Source: Candidatus Saccharimonadota bacterium (GTDB lineage Bacteria > Patescibacteriota > Saccharimonadia > Saccharimonadales > Saccharimonadaceae). From it: a stretch of 64,000 nt of DNA. The notes beneath the pieces were generated by a model, which searched no databases, was not told where the DNA came from, and saw nothing but the letters and a program-made list of their open reading frames with translations. The stretch lies in NCBI GenBank assembly GCA_017431465.1, contig JAFRLA010000030.1, forward strand, positions 276 through 64,275. Reading direction: 5' to 3'. Of this stretch, positions 43,356 to 52,552 are shown in pieces. Every line of letters begins with the position of its first letter. Within the stretch, counting starts at the first letter, position 1. Both the position numbers and the translations under genes were made by a program.

Positions 43356-44396
43356 ATGAGATTGCCGTTTCGCAAAACTCATCTGATTTTGTATATCGCA
43401 GGGGCGACCCTCGTTGCGGGTCTTTTTGGCGTGCTTTCGCGAACTATCCCGAGTACTTTTGCGAACGATTCCGAGCAGCCTCACTACGAATCCGAAACTC
43501 ACTTTGTTACTATCTACGACCAAGGGAAAAAACTCACCATCAAAACAGACGCAATTACTGTTCGTGAGGCTTTGGAACGTGCAAATTACAAATTGGCTGA
43601 AACTGACGTGGTTGAACCAGCGCTAACCATGCAAATCACGGAGGACAATTATCGAATCAACATCTACCGCGCCCGGCCAGTTCTAATCATCGACGGTACA
43701 ACCAAAAAATATGTCATGACCTCTAGTTATGATGGCGCGACTATCGCTAAAGCTGCTGGCCTGACTCTTTATGATGGCGATGAAATCAAATTAGTTCCAA
43801 ACGAGAGTTTCCTAGAAGCCGGAGATGCCGAAACGTATAAAATTACGCGAAATGGCGGTCGGACCCTAACTATCGAAACGCCGATTGCTTATAGCGAAGA
43901 GACTATAGAAGACGCAAGTCTCGCGGAGGGAGCTTCTGAAGTCCGCCAAGTTGGCGAGGAGGGAACCGAGACTGCGATTTATCAAGTAAATTTCGTAGAT
44001 GGGGAAGAAACCTCTCGCGAGCTTGTTGAGAAAAAAGTGACAAAGGAACCAGTCAAGAAAATCACAGCGGTTCATGCTAAGCAATCGACGCCGTCTGTCC
44101 CGCCAGAATGGGAAACTTGCGCTGGCTGGGCACGCAAAGCCGGCGTTTCAGAAGCTGATTTATACAATGCCTTGACGTTGATTTACCATGAATCTGGCTG
44201 TCGCGTAAACGCCAAGAACCCATCCGGCGCCTATGGTATTCCACAGGCTCTTCCGGGCAGCAAAATGGCAGAGTTTGGCGCAGATTGGGAAACTAATCCT
44301 GTGACGCAAATTAAGTGGATGGCGAAATATGTCAAAGACCGCTATGGTGGCTGGCAGCAGGCTATGGCCTATTGGTGGGGGCATCATTGGTACTAA
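43356..44396 (+). CDS. cell-wall hydrolase-like protein (DUF348 repeats, G5 domain and C-terminal transglycosylase-like domain)
   Basis: An N-terminal anchor, TVREALERANYKL (DUF348-like) and a G5-like segment EVRQVGEEGTETAIYQV. The C-terminus reads YHESGCRVNAKNPSGAYGIPQALPGSKM. Confidence 0.75.
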   Translation: MRLPFRKTHLILYIAGATLVAGLFGVLSRTIPSTFANDSEQPHYESETHFVTIYDQGKKLTIKTDAITVREALERANYKLAETDVVEPALTMQITEDNYRINIYRARPVLIIDGTTKKYVMTSSYDGATIAKAAGLTLYDGDEIKLVPNESFLEAGDAETYKITRNGGRTLTIETPIAYSEETIEDASLAEGASEVRQVGEEGTETAIYQVNFVDGEETSRELVEKKVTKEPVKKITAVHAKQSTPSVPPEWETCAGWARKAGVSEADLYNALTLIYHESGCRVNAKNPSGAYGIPQALPGSKMAEFGADWETNPVTQIKWMAKYVKDRYGGWQQAMAYWWGHHWY

Positions 44397-45154
44397 AAAA
44401 CAACAAATCATTAGGACAACATTGGTTAAAAGACCGTGAGATTCTGAATGAAATTGCGGATTTAGCCTATGAAGACGACGTAGAGTTATGTCTGGAGATT
44501 GGACCAGGCCTAGGTACTCTGACCAGTTCCCTCCTTAAAAATTTTGAAAAAGTTCTAGCGATTGAATACGACGAAAGATTGGCGAGGAATTTGCCAAAAT
44601 CTTTTCCGGGTAAAAATTTAGAAGTTTTGAATGCTGATTTTCTCGACTTTGATTTAGATGAAATTACTGAGCCTTATGTCGTTGCCGGCAATATCCCCTA
44701 CTATATTACTTCCCCGATTATCCTAAAATTGGCAGAAACAAATAATTTGCCGAAAAAAATCGTGCTTTTGATCCAAAAAGAGGTTGCCGAGCGTATCGCT
44801 GCCGACTCGGGGAGTCATACAGTCCTTTCTCTTTCAGTTCAGAACCGTGCCTATGTCGAGCTCGGGCCAGTAGTTGATCGGGAATTTTTTACTCCTCCGC
44901 CGAAAGTCGATAGTCAGGTTATCATTTTAGAACCCCATTCGCCGATTGTTCCAGAAGAAACAATCAAGCTCGCTAAAATTGGTTTCTCCTCGCCGCGCAA
45001 GAAGTTAATCTCTAACTTGCCTTACGAAAAATCGGTTCTATCATTAATTTTTAAGGAGATTGGCATCCCTCTTGACGCTCGCGCTTCTGATCTGGAACTG
45101 GAAACTTGGGAAAAATTGCGAAAAAGCCTTGAAAAAGTTAGCCATAAGCGGTAA
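44387..45154 (+). CDS. rsmA: 16S rRNA (adenine1518/1519-N6)-dimethyltransferase
   Basis: Motifs KSLGQHWL and LEIGPGLGTLT. The start is uncertain: the in-frame TTG at 44387 is proposed, and it overlaps the end of the upstream gene. Confidence 0.8.
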   Translation: MVLKNNKSLGQHWLKDREILNEIADLAYEDDVELCLEIGPGLGTLTSSLLKNFEKVLAIEYDERLARNLPKSFPGKNLEVLNADFLDFDLDEITEPYVVAGNIPYYITSPIILKLAETNNLPKKIVLLIQKEVAERIAADSGSHTVLSLSVQNRAYVELGPVVDREFFTPPPKVDSQVIILEPHSPIVPEETIKLAKIGFSSPRKKLISNLPYEKSVLSLIFKEIGIPLDARASDLELETWEKLRKSLEKVSHKR

Positions 45155-45191
45155 AATATAATCAAAGCATCATAAAAAGGGAGTATTTTTA

Positions 45192-46850
45192 ATGAATCCG
45201 GAAGACAATCAATCACAAACCCCGGCTACTGGGCCAGCCCCAGAGCCGACTACGCCTGCTCCAGCGCCAGAAAATCTTTCTGCTGCCGACCAAAATGACG
45301 TAGCTAACGCGATTAATGAATTAGCTAGTGCTGCGGCCGCTGCTGGCGGCGAACCGGCTCCGGCTTCGACTGTGCCAGAGGAGTCAGCGCCAGCTGCTGA
45401 GGCCTCGACTATCGAACCGTCCAGCGTCCCGACTTCAATCAACATTGAACCATTACCAGCGGCCGAGCCAGAGCCGACCGCCGCTGCGGCTGCTACCCCA
45501 GCTGCTGCCCCAACCGCTACCCCAACTGCTACCCCAACTCCAGACGTCGCCGCTGCGATTACCGAACTGGACGCCGACGCAGTAATTGATTCGATTGATG
45601 CTCCGGAAACTACCCCAGAAAGTGCGGTTCCGACCGCTATTGGCGTAGATACTACCCTTAATAATACAAATTCCGAAACTGTTCCAGCCGAGGCCGAGGC
45701 TCCGGCCGAAGCTCCTTTTGCAGCGAATGCAACTACTGACGGCTCCGAGGAAAGCCTCTCTGACGAAGGTGGAGAAGATGACGCCAAAATTATTTCTTCC
45801 GAAGAAGGAGAAGAAGAGCCAATCAAACCAGCAGATCCAGTCCCAGGCTCTATCGGCTCCGCGATCAATTATTCCGAAACTGCTCCGGATCATGCCGAGC
45901 AAACCGAGAAGCCAAAAGGTCTTGCGGCGTTATTCTCGAAGAAGCCAAAGAAAGCAGAGGCTCCAGCTCCTGCCGCTCCGGCTTCCTCAGTCGTCGAACC
46001 AGCTCAGCCGACTCAGCCAGCCGTAGAGAGCTCATCTACCGAAATTCCAGTCTCATTTGGTCCAGCGCCAGATGTCCCGAATCCAAATGCCGCTAAAAAC
46101 AAGAAAAACAGTACAATTCTTGCTCTAATTATTATTGGCGCAGTTGTTTTAATCGGCGTAATCGTGATGATTATTGTCTTTATTATGACCAGTAACAACA
46201 ATAAAGTAACAGTCACTGACAATAATCCATCCACTTCTGCGCCGGAGCCAGAAGATACTTCCCTGATCTGCTCCTACACTTCTAGCGCCAGTGACATAGA
46301 GAAGGCGAAAAACAGTAAACTCGCTAGTTACGAGTTGAAAATGATCGCTAACTATACCGACGACGAGATGGTTGATATGTCGATCACGGGCACATATAAT
46401 TATACGGACGCCGAGGCCGCCTCCGAGGGGGCTCGCCAAGCCAGGATTTCTTATACTCGTGACTACACGCAAATGAATATGAATAGTGACCCATTCACGA
46501 GTAATTATCCAGTAAATGGCAACAGCTTCACCGCTACCCACTTTGCCAAACTCGCCGACATTGACGAAGATAATGCAAAATTATTGTTCCTCAGCGCCAA
46601 TTCGCGCGGCGTAGTCGACACAAGTAAAGACGCGCTTCGCGAAGTCTTTACTAAACGCGGCTATACTTGTCGAAATACCGGCGAAGGCGAAGACGAAACC
46701 GAGGAAGACGAAAATGCTAATGCCGTAGAAGATACCGAAGATACAGAAGAAACTACTGGCGAGGACGAAGAAACTTACGAACCAGATGATGAAGATTATG
46801 ACGAAGAGTCCACTGATTACGAAGAGGATTACGACGACGATTCGTACTAA
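45192..46850 (+). CDS. hypothetical single-pass membrane protein with an Ala/Pro/Glu/Thr-rich N-terminal half and an acidic tail
   Basis: GGGAG SD upstream, about 300 aa of low complexity, one TM (ILALIIIGAVVLIGVIVMIIVFIM), a globular region and a DE-rich end. Confidence 0.6.
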   Translation: MNPEDNQSQTPATGPAPEPTTPAPAPENLSAADQNDVANAINELASAAAAAGGEPAPASTVPEESAPAAEASTIEPSSVPTSINIEPLPAAEPEPTAAAAATPAAAPTATPTATPTPDVAAAITELDADAVIDSIDAPETTPESAVPTAIGVDTTLNNTNSETVPAEAEAPAEAPFAANATTDGSEESLSDEGGEDDAKIISSEEGEEEPIKPADPVPGSIGSAINYSETAPDHAEQTEKPKGLAALFSKKPKKAEAPAPAAPASSVVEPAQPTQPAVESSSTEIPVSFGPAPDVPNPNAAKNKKNSTILALIIIGAVVLIGVIVMIIVFIMTSNNNKVTVTDNNPSTSAPEPEDTSLICSYTSSASDIEKAKNSKLASYELKMIANYTDDEMVDMSITGTYNYTDAEAASEGARQARISYTRDYTQMNMNSDPFTSNYPVNGNSFTATHFAKLADIDEDNAKLLFLSANSRGVVDTSKDALREVFTKRGYTCRNTGEGEDETEEDENANAVEDTEDTEETTGEDEETYEPDDEDYDEESTDYEEDYDDDSY

Positions 46851-46858
46851 AATTGAGC

Positions 46859-46889
46859 AAAAACGCGCGCTTGAAAAGAGCGCGTTTTT
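46859..46889 (+). terminator. rho-independent terminator
   Basis: aaacgcgc...gcgcgttt followed by a T-run. Confidence 0.6.
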
Positions 46890-46905
46890 GTTGTAAAATA
46901 TAATT

Positions 46906-48342
46906 ATGTCAGAAAGTCAAAAAAACATTTATATCACTACTGCGATTCCGTATGTTAACGGCACGGCGCATATTGGTCATGCTATAGATTACCTTCTCGC
47001 TGACGTCTATGCGCGTTACCAAAAATTAAATAATAAAAACGTGCGTTTCCAAGCCGGTACCGACGAGCACGGAAGCAAAATCTACAAAAAAGCGACCGAA
47101 ACTGGCGTAGAAGTTGAAGAATACGTTAGTGAAAATTCGAAAAAATTTCAGGATTTTATCAAAAAACTTGGCGTAGAATATACCGATTTTATTCGAACGA
47201 CCGATAAAGACCACGAGCGCCGCGTCCAGGAAATTTGGCAGAAACTCGAGCCGCATATTTACAAAAGTTCTTACGAAGGCTGGTACTGCGAGGGCTGCGA
47301 GCGGTTTATTACGCAGAAGGAATATGACGAAAACAGCGGGGTCTGCCCAGACCATCAGAAGCCGTACGAAAAACTTTCCGAAGAAAATTATTATCTAAAA
47401 ATTTCCGATTTCAAATCGGAAATTAAGCGTGCGATAGAGACTGATGAAATTAAAATCCTTCCAGATTTCCGCAAAAAAGAGGCTCTAAAACTGCTAGAGG
47501 ATTCGCCGGATGTTTCGATTTCGCGCCCAAAGGAGCACGTCAAATGGGGGGTAGCAGTCCCAGGTGACGAAGACCAGATTATGTATGTTTGGCCTGATGC
47601 GCTCGCGAACTATATTACAGTCCTAGGCTATCCAGATGAGGATATTTCCGCCTATTGGCCAGCTAACGTTCAGATTGTTGGAAAAGACATTTTAAGATTC
47701 CACGCTATTATTTGGCCAGCAATGTTGCTCGGTCTTGGGCTGCCGCTGCCAAAAGTCCTTCTATCTCACGGCTTCGTCTTGGCAAATGGCCAAAAAATGA
47801 GTAAATCTATCGGCAACGTTGTCGACCCTCTCGAAGTTCTAGAAAAACATGGCCTCTCGGCCTTTCGCTATTATTTCTTGCGACACGCTGACACTTTCCT
47901 CGATGCCGATTATACCGATGAGAAATATGAAGAGGCTTACAATAATGAGCTAGCGAACGATCTTGGAAATCTTGTCCAGCGTCTTGCTGCGATGTGCAAG
48001 AAACAAGATCTAGACGGCCTAAGAGATTTTACTCCGGCCATCGACAAAGAGTATCGCGAAATTATGGACAGCCTGTATTTTAGCAAGGCTTTTGACTATG
48101 CTTGGGAAAAAGTTCAGGCGATTAATAAACGTATTGACGATACAAAACCTTGGGAACTTGCCAAGGCAGGGAAGACTGAAGAACTAAAAGTGCTCCTAAA
48201 GAGCCTCGCCGAAGATTTGTTGAATGCAAATCATCTACTAAAACCTTTCCTCCCAGAAACAACCGATAGAATCGAAGAGATTTTCTTGGCTAATAAGATT
48301 GTCCCAGGCGACCCACTATTTCCAAAATCTTTGCCCGCCTAA
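46906..48342 (+). CDS. metG: methionine--tRNA ligase (short form)
   Basis: Motifs PYVNGTAHIGH, a CxxC...C.DH zinc knuckle and KMSKSIGN. TAAAAT at 46894-46899 lies 6 nt before the ATG. Confidence 0.95.
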   Translation: MSESQKNIYITTAIPYVNGTAHIGHAIDYLLADVYARYQKLNNKNVRFQAGTDEHGSKIYKKATETGVEVEEYVSENSKKFQDFIKKLGVEYTDFIRTTDKDHERRVQEIWQKLEPHIYKSSYEGWYCEGCERFITQKEYDENSGVCPDHQKPYEKLSEENYYLKISDFKSEIKRAIETDEIKILPDFRKKEALKLLEDSPDVSISRPKEHVKWGVAVPGDEDQIMYVWPDALANYITVLGYPDEDISAYWPANVQIVGKDILRFHAIIWPAMLLGLGLPLPKVLLSHGFVLANGQKMSKSIGNVVDPLEVLEKHGLSAFRYYFLRHADTFLDADYTDEKYEEAYNNELANDLGNLVQRLAAMCKKQDLDGLRDFTPAIDKEYREIMDSLYFSKAFDYAWEKVQAINKRIDDTKPWELAKAGKTEELKVLLKSLAEDLLNANHLLKPFLPETTDRIEEIFLANKIVPGDPLFPKSLPA

Positions 48343-50223
48343 GACATCGTAAACGACTTGTGCGTAGTCTTCCGCGGACTTTGCTTTGATTTCTTTTCCG
48401 TCTAGATAGCGCGCAGTCAAAATCGGTACATCACGGCATACTTCGTCTAGCAGATATCCGAGCGTCGGCTTCTCGACTCCTAGAACATTATACAGAGTAT
48501 TTGTCAGACAATTCGGCGTAGTTGTCGGAAGCGACATCTCGGAGACGATGGCCGGCAAGCCCTCAGTCGCGCCAGAATACCCGGCCGGCTTAAAATCGTA
48601 ATCAAAGTTTGCGTAAACGAAATATGGCGTAAGCTGCGAGACGTTACGATCGGCAAGCGAAGAACTGCTACTAGCCTTTCCGAAAATCCCAGGACTATGA
48701 TCGCCGAAGAATAGAACTACAGTTTTCTCGTCCATCTTTTCTAGCTCGGCAATAAATTCACCAAGGTATTTATCGGATTGATGGAGCGACTGAAGATAGG
48801 TTTCAATTTTTTCCTTCTCCCACTGTTCTTCTCCGGAGACGACGAAATCGTGCGTACTATAAACGTCATAATCATATGGCAGGTGATTTTGCATTGTTAC
48901 AAGCTCGATCGTCTGTTTGTCTTTATTTTCGCGCAGGGTCTTTAGCACTTGCTGATAAGACGAACGATCATTGACATACTGGGAATTTTCGTCATGCTCC
49001 GTAAAATCAAACTGAGCAAGATCTTTAAAATCGTCATACCCCTCAACCTTCAGAGCAATATTCCGCTTATACATCCCTCCGTTAAATGGATGCAGCGCCA
49101 GGGTTTTATAACCGCCGTTTTCTTTCGTAAAGCTAGCAATGCTCTCGACTGAGCCAAGGCGCGGAAAGATATCTGTAAACGGCACAGTATTCGCCCAGTA
49201 ATTAGTCAGCCCGGTAAATATTTCAAACTCCACATTCGCCGTCCCACCGCCATACTCCGTCGAATACATATAACCGCTCGGATATTTTTCAGTGATTTTG
49301 CGCCAATTTGGCGTCACCTCTCCGCTGCCCGAACCGTCAGCTGCTGAAAAATCATAATAGTCGCGCAACAGCTCCGGATCATAGAACGACTCGTTTAAGA
49401 TTACTACAATATTATAATCGGCATCCTTCAGGCTAGTGCGAGTATCGTCCGCCGCTTTTTTGTCATTATATTTTTGCGAAATCTCAGAGATTCTCTCCTC
49501 GCTATATCCTTCCGGCTCCTCCAGAGAAATCTTTCGCATATTATATAAGAAACCGAGAATGAAACCGTTTTCATCATAGTTGCGGGTTTGGTTCCAAGCG
49601 GTCAGAGTAGTTTCCAGCCATTCCACGCGCTGGTAGGCCACGCCTTCATGATTGCGCACAAAATCAGTCGTAGCGATAAATAACCCAAACATCATCCCCA
49701 TTACTGCGACGCGGGGGATAATCATCCGTTTTAGCCACCACGGCAAATTTTCCGGAAAAGCGAACCGGAGCGCATTTTTAGTCTTGACGTCAAACAATAT
49801 TCCTAAGAATAGCGAAAGTAGACACGCTATAATCATTCGGATCAACGCGCCGATATCGATGAATTTTGCCAGTTGTCCCGCCTGGTCGGCTAACTGAAAA
49901 TCTTCTGGAAGAAGCGGCGTCCCGCGCGAAACAAATTTATTAATGTGAATATAAGTAATAATAATTATCGCAACCATCAAAAGCGCCACAGAAAGTCCTG
50001 GTCGCCAGGTCAAAGCATAAACAAAAGTCAAAATTATCGTAATAATCAGCGCAGTATAAAAGAAAATTCGCGGTCGCTCAAAAACCATCCCAAATGCTCT
50101 CCCAGCATCGTTTACGAAATAGCGATATTCCAAAAACCAAGTCAGCACAATTGCCGAGACTAAAACAAATAGAATATTAAGAAAAATTTTTTTAGCAAGT
50201 TGTTTCTTGACCCTATTTACCAT
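48316..50223 (-). CDS. LTA synthase family (sulfatase-fold) membrane enzyme
   Basis: Five N-terminal TM helices and an extracytoplasmic sulfatase-like domain (VVILNESF, MQNHLPY, FFGDHSPG). It overlaps metG convergently by 27 nt. Confidence 0.8.
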   Translation of the reverse strand: MVNRVKKQLAKKIFLNILFVLVSAIVLTWFLEYRYFVNDAGRAFGMVFERPRIFFYTALIITIILTFVYALTWRPGLSVALLMVAIIIITYIHINKFVSRGTPLLPEDFQLADQAGQLAKFIDIGALIRMIIACLLSLFLGILFDVKTKNALRFAFPENLPWWLKRMIIPRVAVMGMMFGLFIATTDFVRNHEGVAYQRVEWLETTLTAWNQTRNYDENGFILGFLYNMRKISLEEPEGYSEERISEISQKYNDKKAADDTRTSLKDADYNIVVILNESFYDPELLRDYYDFSAADGSGSGEVTPNWRKITEKYPSGYMYSTEYGGGTANVEFEIFTGLTNYWANTVPFTDIFPRLGSVESIASFTKENGGYKTLALHPFNGGMYKRNIALKVEGYDDFKDLAQFDFTEHDENSQYVNDRSSYQQVLKTLRENKDKQTIELVTMQNHLPYDYDVYSTHDFVVSGEEQWEKEKIETYLQSLHQSDKYLGEFIAELEKMDEKTVVLFFGDHSPGIFGKASSSSSLADRNVSQLTPYFVYANFDYDFKPAGYSGATEGLPAIVSEMSLPTTTPNCLTNTLYNVLGVEKPTLGYLLDEVCRDVPILTARYLDGKEIKAKSAEDYAQVVYDVLGGQRFWK

Positions 50224-50256
50224 AACCTAATTTTACCACAAAATCGCCTCAACCAC

Positions 50257-50285
50257 AAAAAGCACCCCTAGAAAGGGGTGCTTTT
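50257..50285. terminator. bidirectional-looking terminator between the MIP gene and the LtaS-like gene
   Basis: aaaaagcacccc-tagaaa-ggggtgctttt. Confidence 0.65.
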
Positions 50286-50303
50286 ATCGTCTAGGGTAAA
50301 CGA

Positions 50304-51245
50304 TTATTTACGGGTTTTGCCGTCGCAAATGCATTTTGCGCCGCAGTAACCACATTCACCCGAGAGCTTAGCTGCGAAATCAGATAGATAGAATCCGATG
50401 ACGCCACCAAGTAGTGGGAAAATCCAGTAAGTTACGAGAGCGAGCGAAGCGCCGCCAAGTAATTCACCAAAGTTTTCTGCCCCATTTGGCATGATGCCGT
50501 ACATCAAAGCAGCAGCCGGGTTAAGGACGAAGTTGTTTTGTAACGAAAGGAAATTCGAAGAGATCACGATCATTACAACAAGCGCAACTGCACCAATACC
50601 GCCGCCAACAATCGCGGCGAAAGTTAGCGGGCTCTTCTTATACGCAAGAGCGCGAGCAAAGAAGAACGCAATCATGATCGCAGCAACAAACTCAATCATG
50701 GTTACTACCCAGAATTGAGCGCTGTCAACTTCCGCAACCTGTGGAAGCTCAGCAGCATTGTCGCCAGCGCCACGGAAAGCGTTGACAACTAGGAATGCGA
50801 ACCACGCACCGAGAATTTGCGAAATGATGTAAATTACACCACGAATCGCAGACATCCGGCGAGAAGCCATCATCCCGACGGTTACGATTGGGTTCAGGTT
50901 TGCGCCCGAAAGCCCATAAACCGCAGCGGTAATTGCGATCAAACCGAACATGATGTAGAGCGGCTGATACAAACCGAGGGTTAGTAAAATAATAGTAAGG
51001 AGCATCGTACCGACGACTTCGCCGATAATTGCGCCATAAATACGAGGATTCTTAAAAATTGTTAAGACATTTTCGTTCGCATCGTATTTGCGAGCAAAAA
51101 ATCCTTTGAGTGGGTTACCAGCACAAGTCGTCACTTCCTCGCGAGTTGCAACTTTAGCGGTCTTTGGAGCAGTCTTCTTAACTGTCTTTCTGGTCGCTGC
51201 TGGCTTGGAAGACTTGGTAGTCTTCGTTGACTTTGTAGTAGCCAT
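50304..51245 (-). CDS. MIP/aquaporin-family channel with atypical filters and terminal extensions
   Basis: The first NPA box reads NPI (SGANLNPIVTVG). The second reads NPAA, not NPAR. It has a Lys/Thr-rich N-terminal ~45 aa and a Cys-rich C-terminus CGYCGAKCICDG. An AGGAGG SD lies upstream. Confidence 0.8.
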   Translation of the reverse strand: MATTKSTKTTKSSKPAATRKTVKKTAPKTAKVATREEVTTCAGNPLKGFFARKYDANENVLTIFKNPRIYGAIIGEVVGTMLLTIILLTLGLYQPLYIMFGLIAITAAVYGLSGANLNPIVTVGMMASRRMSAIRGVIYIISQILGAWFAFLVVNAFRGAGDNAAELPQVAEVDSAQFWVVTMIEFVAAIMIAFFFARALAYKKSPLTFAAIVGGGIGAVALVVMIVISSNFLSLQNNFVLNPAAALMYGIMPNGAENFGELLGGASLALVTYWIFPLLGGVIGFYLSDFAAKLSGECGYCGAKCICDGKTRK

Positions 51246-51366
51246 TTAACCTCCTATTAAATTGATATATGATTTCATTATAGCACAAAACTTATTTCAG
51301 GCAAATTTTGGATTTTTGCAGAAAGTATGTTATAATGTTTAAGTATATTTTGAAAAAGGAGGAAAA

Positions 51367-51597
51367 GTGGGAGTTATTGTGTCCAAAGACCACGACCAGA
51401 ATTCACGTTTGACTGAACGTATCAACGCCGATTTACGCGAGCGCGCCGTAAAAACTTCAAAGAGCGCCAAAAATCCAGATCTTGCTGAGGACGCTGATTA
51501 TGTCCGCGATTTAAAAAAGACCGGTCGGTTTGGCTGGATTTGGGCGGTCTTGATCGTCCTGGCGATTGCTTCTCTAGTCGTGATTGTTGTGGTATAA
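51367..51597 (+). CDS. small C-tail-anchored protein
   Basis: AGGAGG lies before the GTG at 51367. It has a hydrophilic N-terminus and one C-terminal TM. Its stop TAA lies inside the pheS -10 box. Confidence 0.45.
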   Translation: MGVIVSKDHDQNSRLTERINADLRERAVKTSKSAKNPDLAEDADYVRDLKKTGRFGWIWAVLIVLAIASLVVIVVV

Positions 51598-51607
51598 TAT
51601 ATACCAT

Positions 51608-52552
51608 ATGACTATCGAGGAAATTAAGAAAAAGCTCAAAGCTTTAAATGGCGAATATGCCAAGATTAGAGAGTTACCAAAAGAAGAACGCAAGGCTTTT
51701 GGTGTTAAGTTAAATAAACAACGCGAAGAATTAGAGCGCGAGTTAAAAGCTGCCGAAGAAGCGGCGGAATCCGAAGATGTTGAGGCGATTGACATCACTG
51801 CGCCAGCCGCGCCAAACGAGCAAATTCCTGTAATTAAACAAGGCTCGAAACATCCACTAATGACCGAGCTAAACCGCGTCCTTGATATTTATTCTCGCAT
51901 GGGCTTCAACATTATCGAAGCGCGTCAACTCGACGACGAGTTTCATATGTTCGAGAGTCTAAATTTCCCAGAAGGGCATCCAGCCCGTGATGGCTACGAT
52001 ACTTTCCGAACAGAAGAGGGCTTTATCCCGCCGGCTCATACTTCGACGATGCAATACCGCGCGTTGACTCGTTTTAAATCAGATTTGGAGCAAGGCGGCC
52101 AGATCGCCGTCGTCATTCCAGGCCGCGTGTTCAGAAACGAAGATGTTGACGCGACCCATGAGCATACTTTCTATCAGTGTGAAGGCGTGTTTGTCTCCGA
52201 GGATGCGACCTTCGGCCAAATGCTTGGCGTTCTAAAAAGTCTATTTGAAAATTACTACGGCCAGGACTTAAAAATCAAAACTCAACCGGGTTACTTCCCG
52301 TTCACGGAACCTTCGTGTGAGCTTTTAATTGAAAAACCAAAATCGCTTGGCGGCAAAGGCGATGGTTGGCTCGAGATGCTTGGCTGTGGCATGATCCACC
52401 CAAATGTTTTGAAGACTGCCGGCATCGACCCAGAAAGATATAAAGGTTTTGCCTGGGGTGGTGGCATCGATCGCCTCGCGATGCTGAAGTATGGTTTGAA
52501 CGACGTACGCTATTTCGAATCAGGTAAGTTAGAGTTTTTGGAGGAGTTTTAA
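51608..52552 (+). CDS. pheS: phenylalanine--tRNA ligase alpha subunit
   Basis: Motifs FPEGHPARD, RNEDVDATHEHTFYQCEG and GCGMIHPNV. The start is ATG 51608, after TATAAT at 51593-51598. Confidence 0.95.
   Translation: MTIEEIKKKLKALNGEYAKIRELPKEERKAFGVKLNKQREELERELKAAEEAAESEDVEAIDITAPAAPNEQIPVIKQGSKHPLMTELNRVLDIYSRMGFNIIEARQLDDEFHMFESLNFPEGHPARDGYDTFRTEEGFIPPAHTSTMQYRALTRFKSDLEQGGQIAVVIPGRVFRNEDVDATHEHTFYQCEGVFVSEDATFGQMLGVLKSLFENYYGQDLKIKTQPGYFPFTEPSCELLIEKPKSLGGKGDGWLEMLGCGMIHPNVLKTAGIDPERYKGFAWGGGIDRLAMLKYGLNDVRYFESGKLEFLEEF

Noticed and set aside
45209-45902. 219-aa and 149-aa minus-strand ORFs and an 85-aa plus-strand ORF inside the low-complexity half of the 552-aa gene.
   Set aside because: They are artefacts of GC-rich GCN/CCN repeats, which lack stops in several frames. 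Only the 45192 frame has an SD, a TM and a defined terminator.
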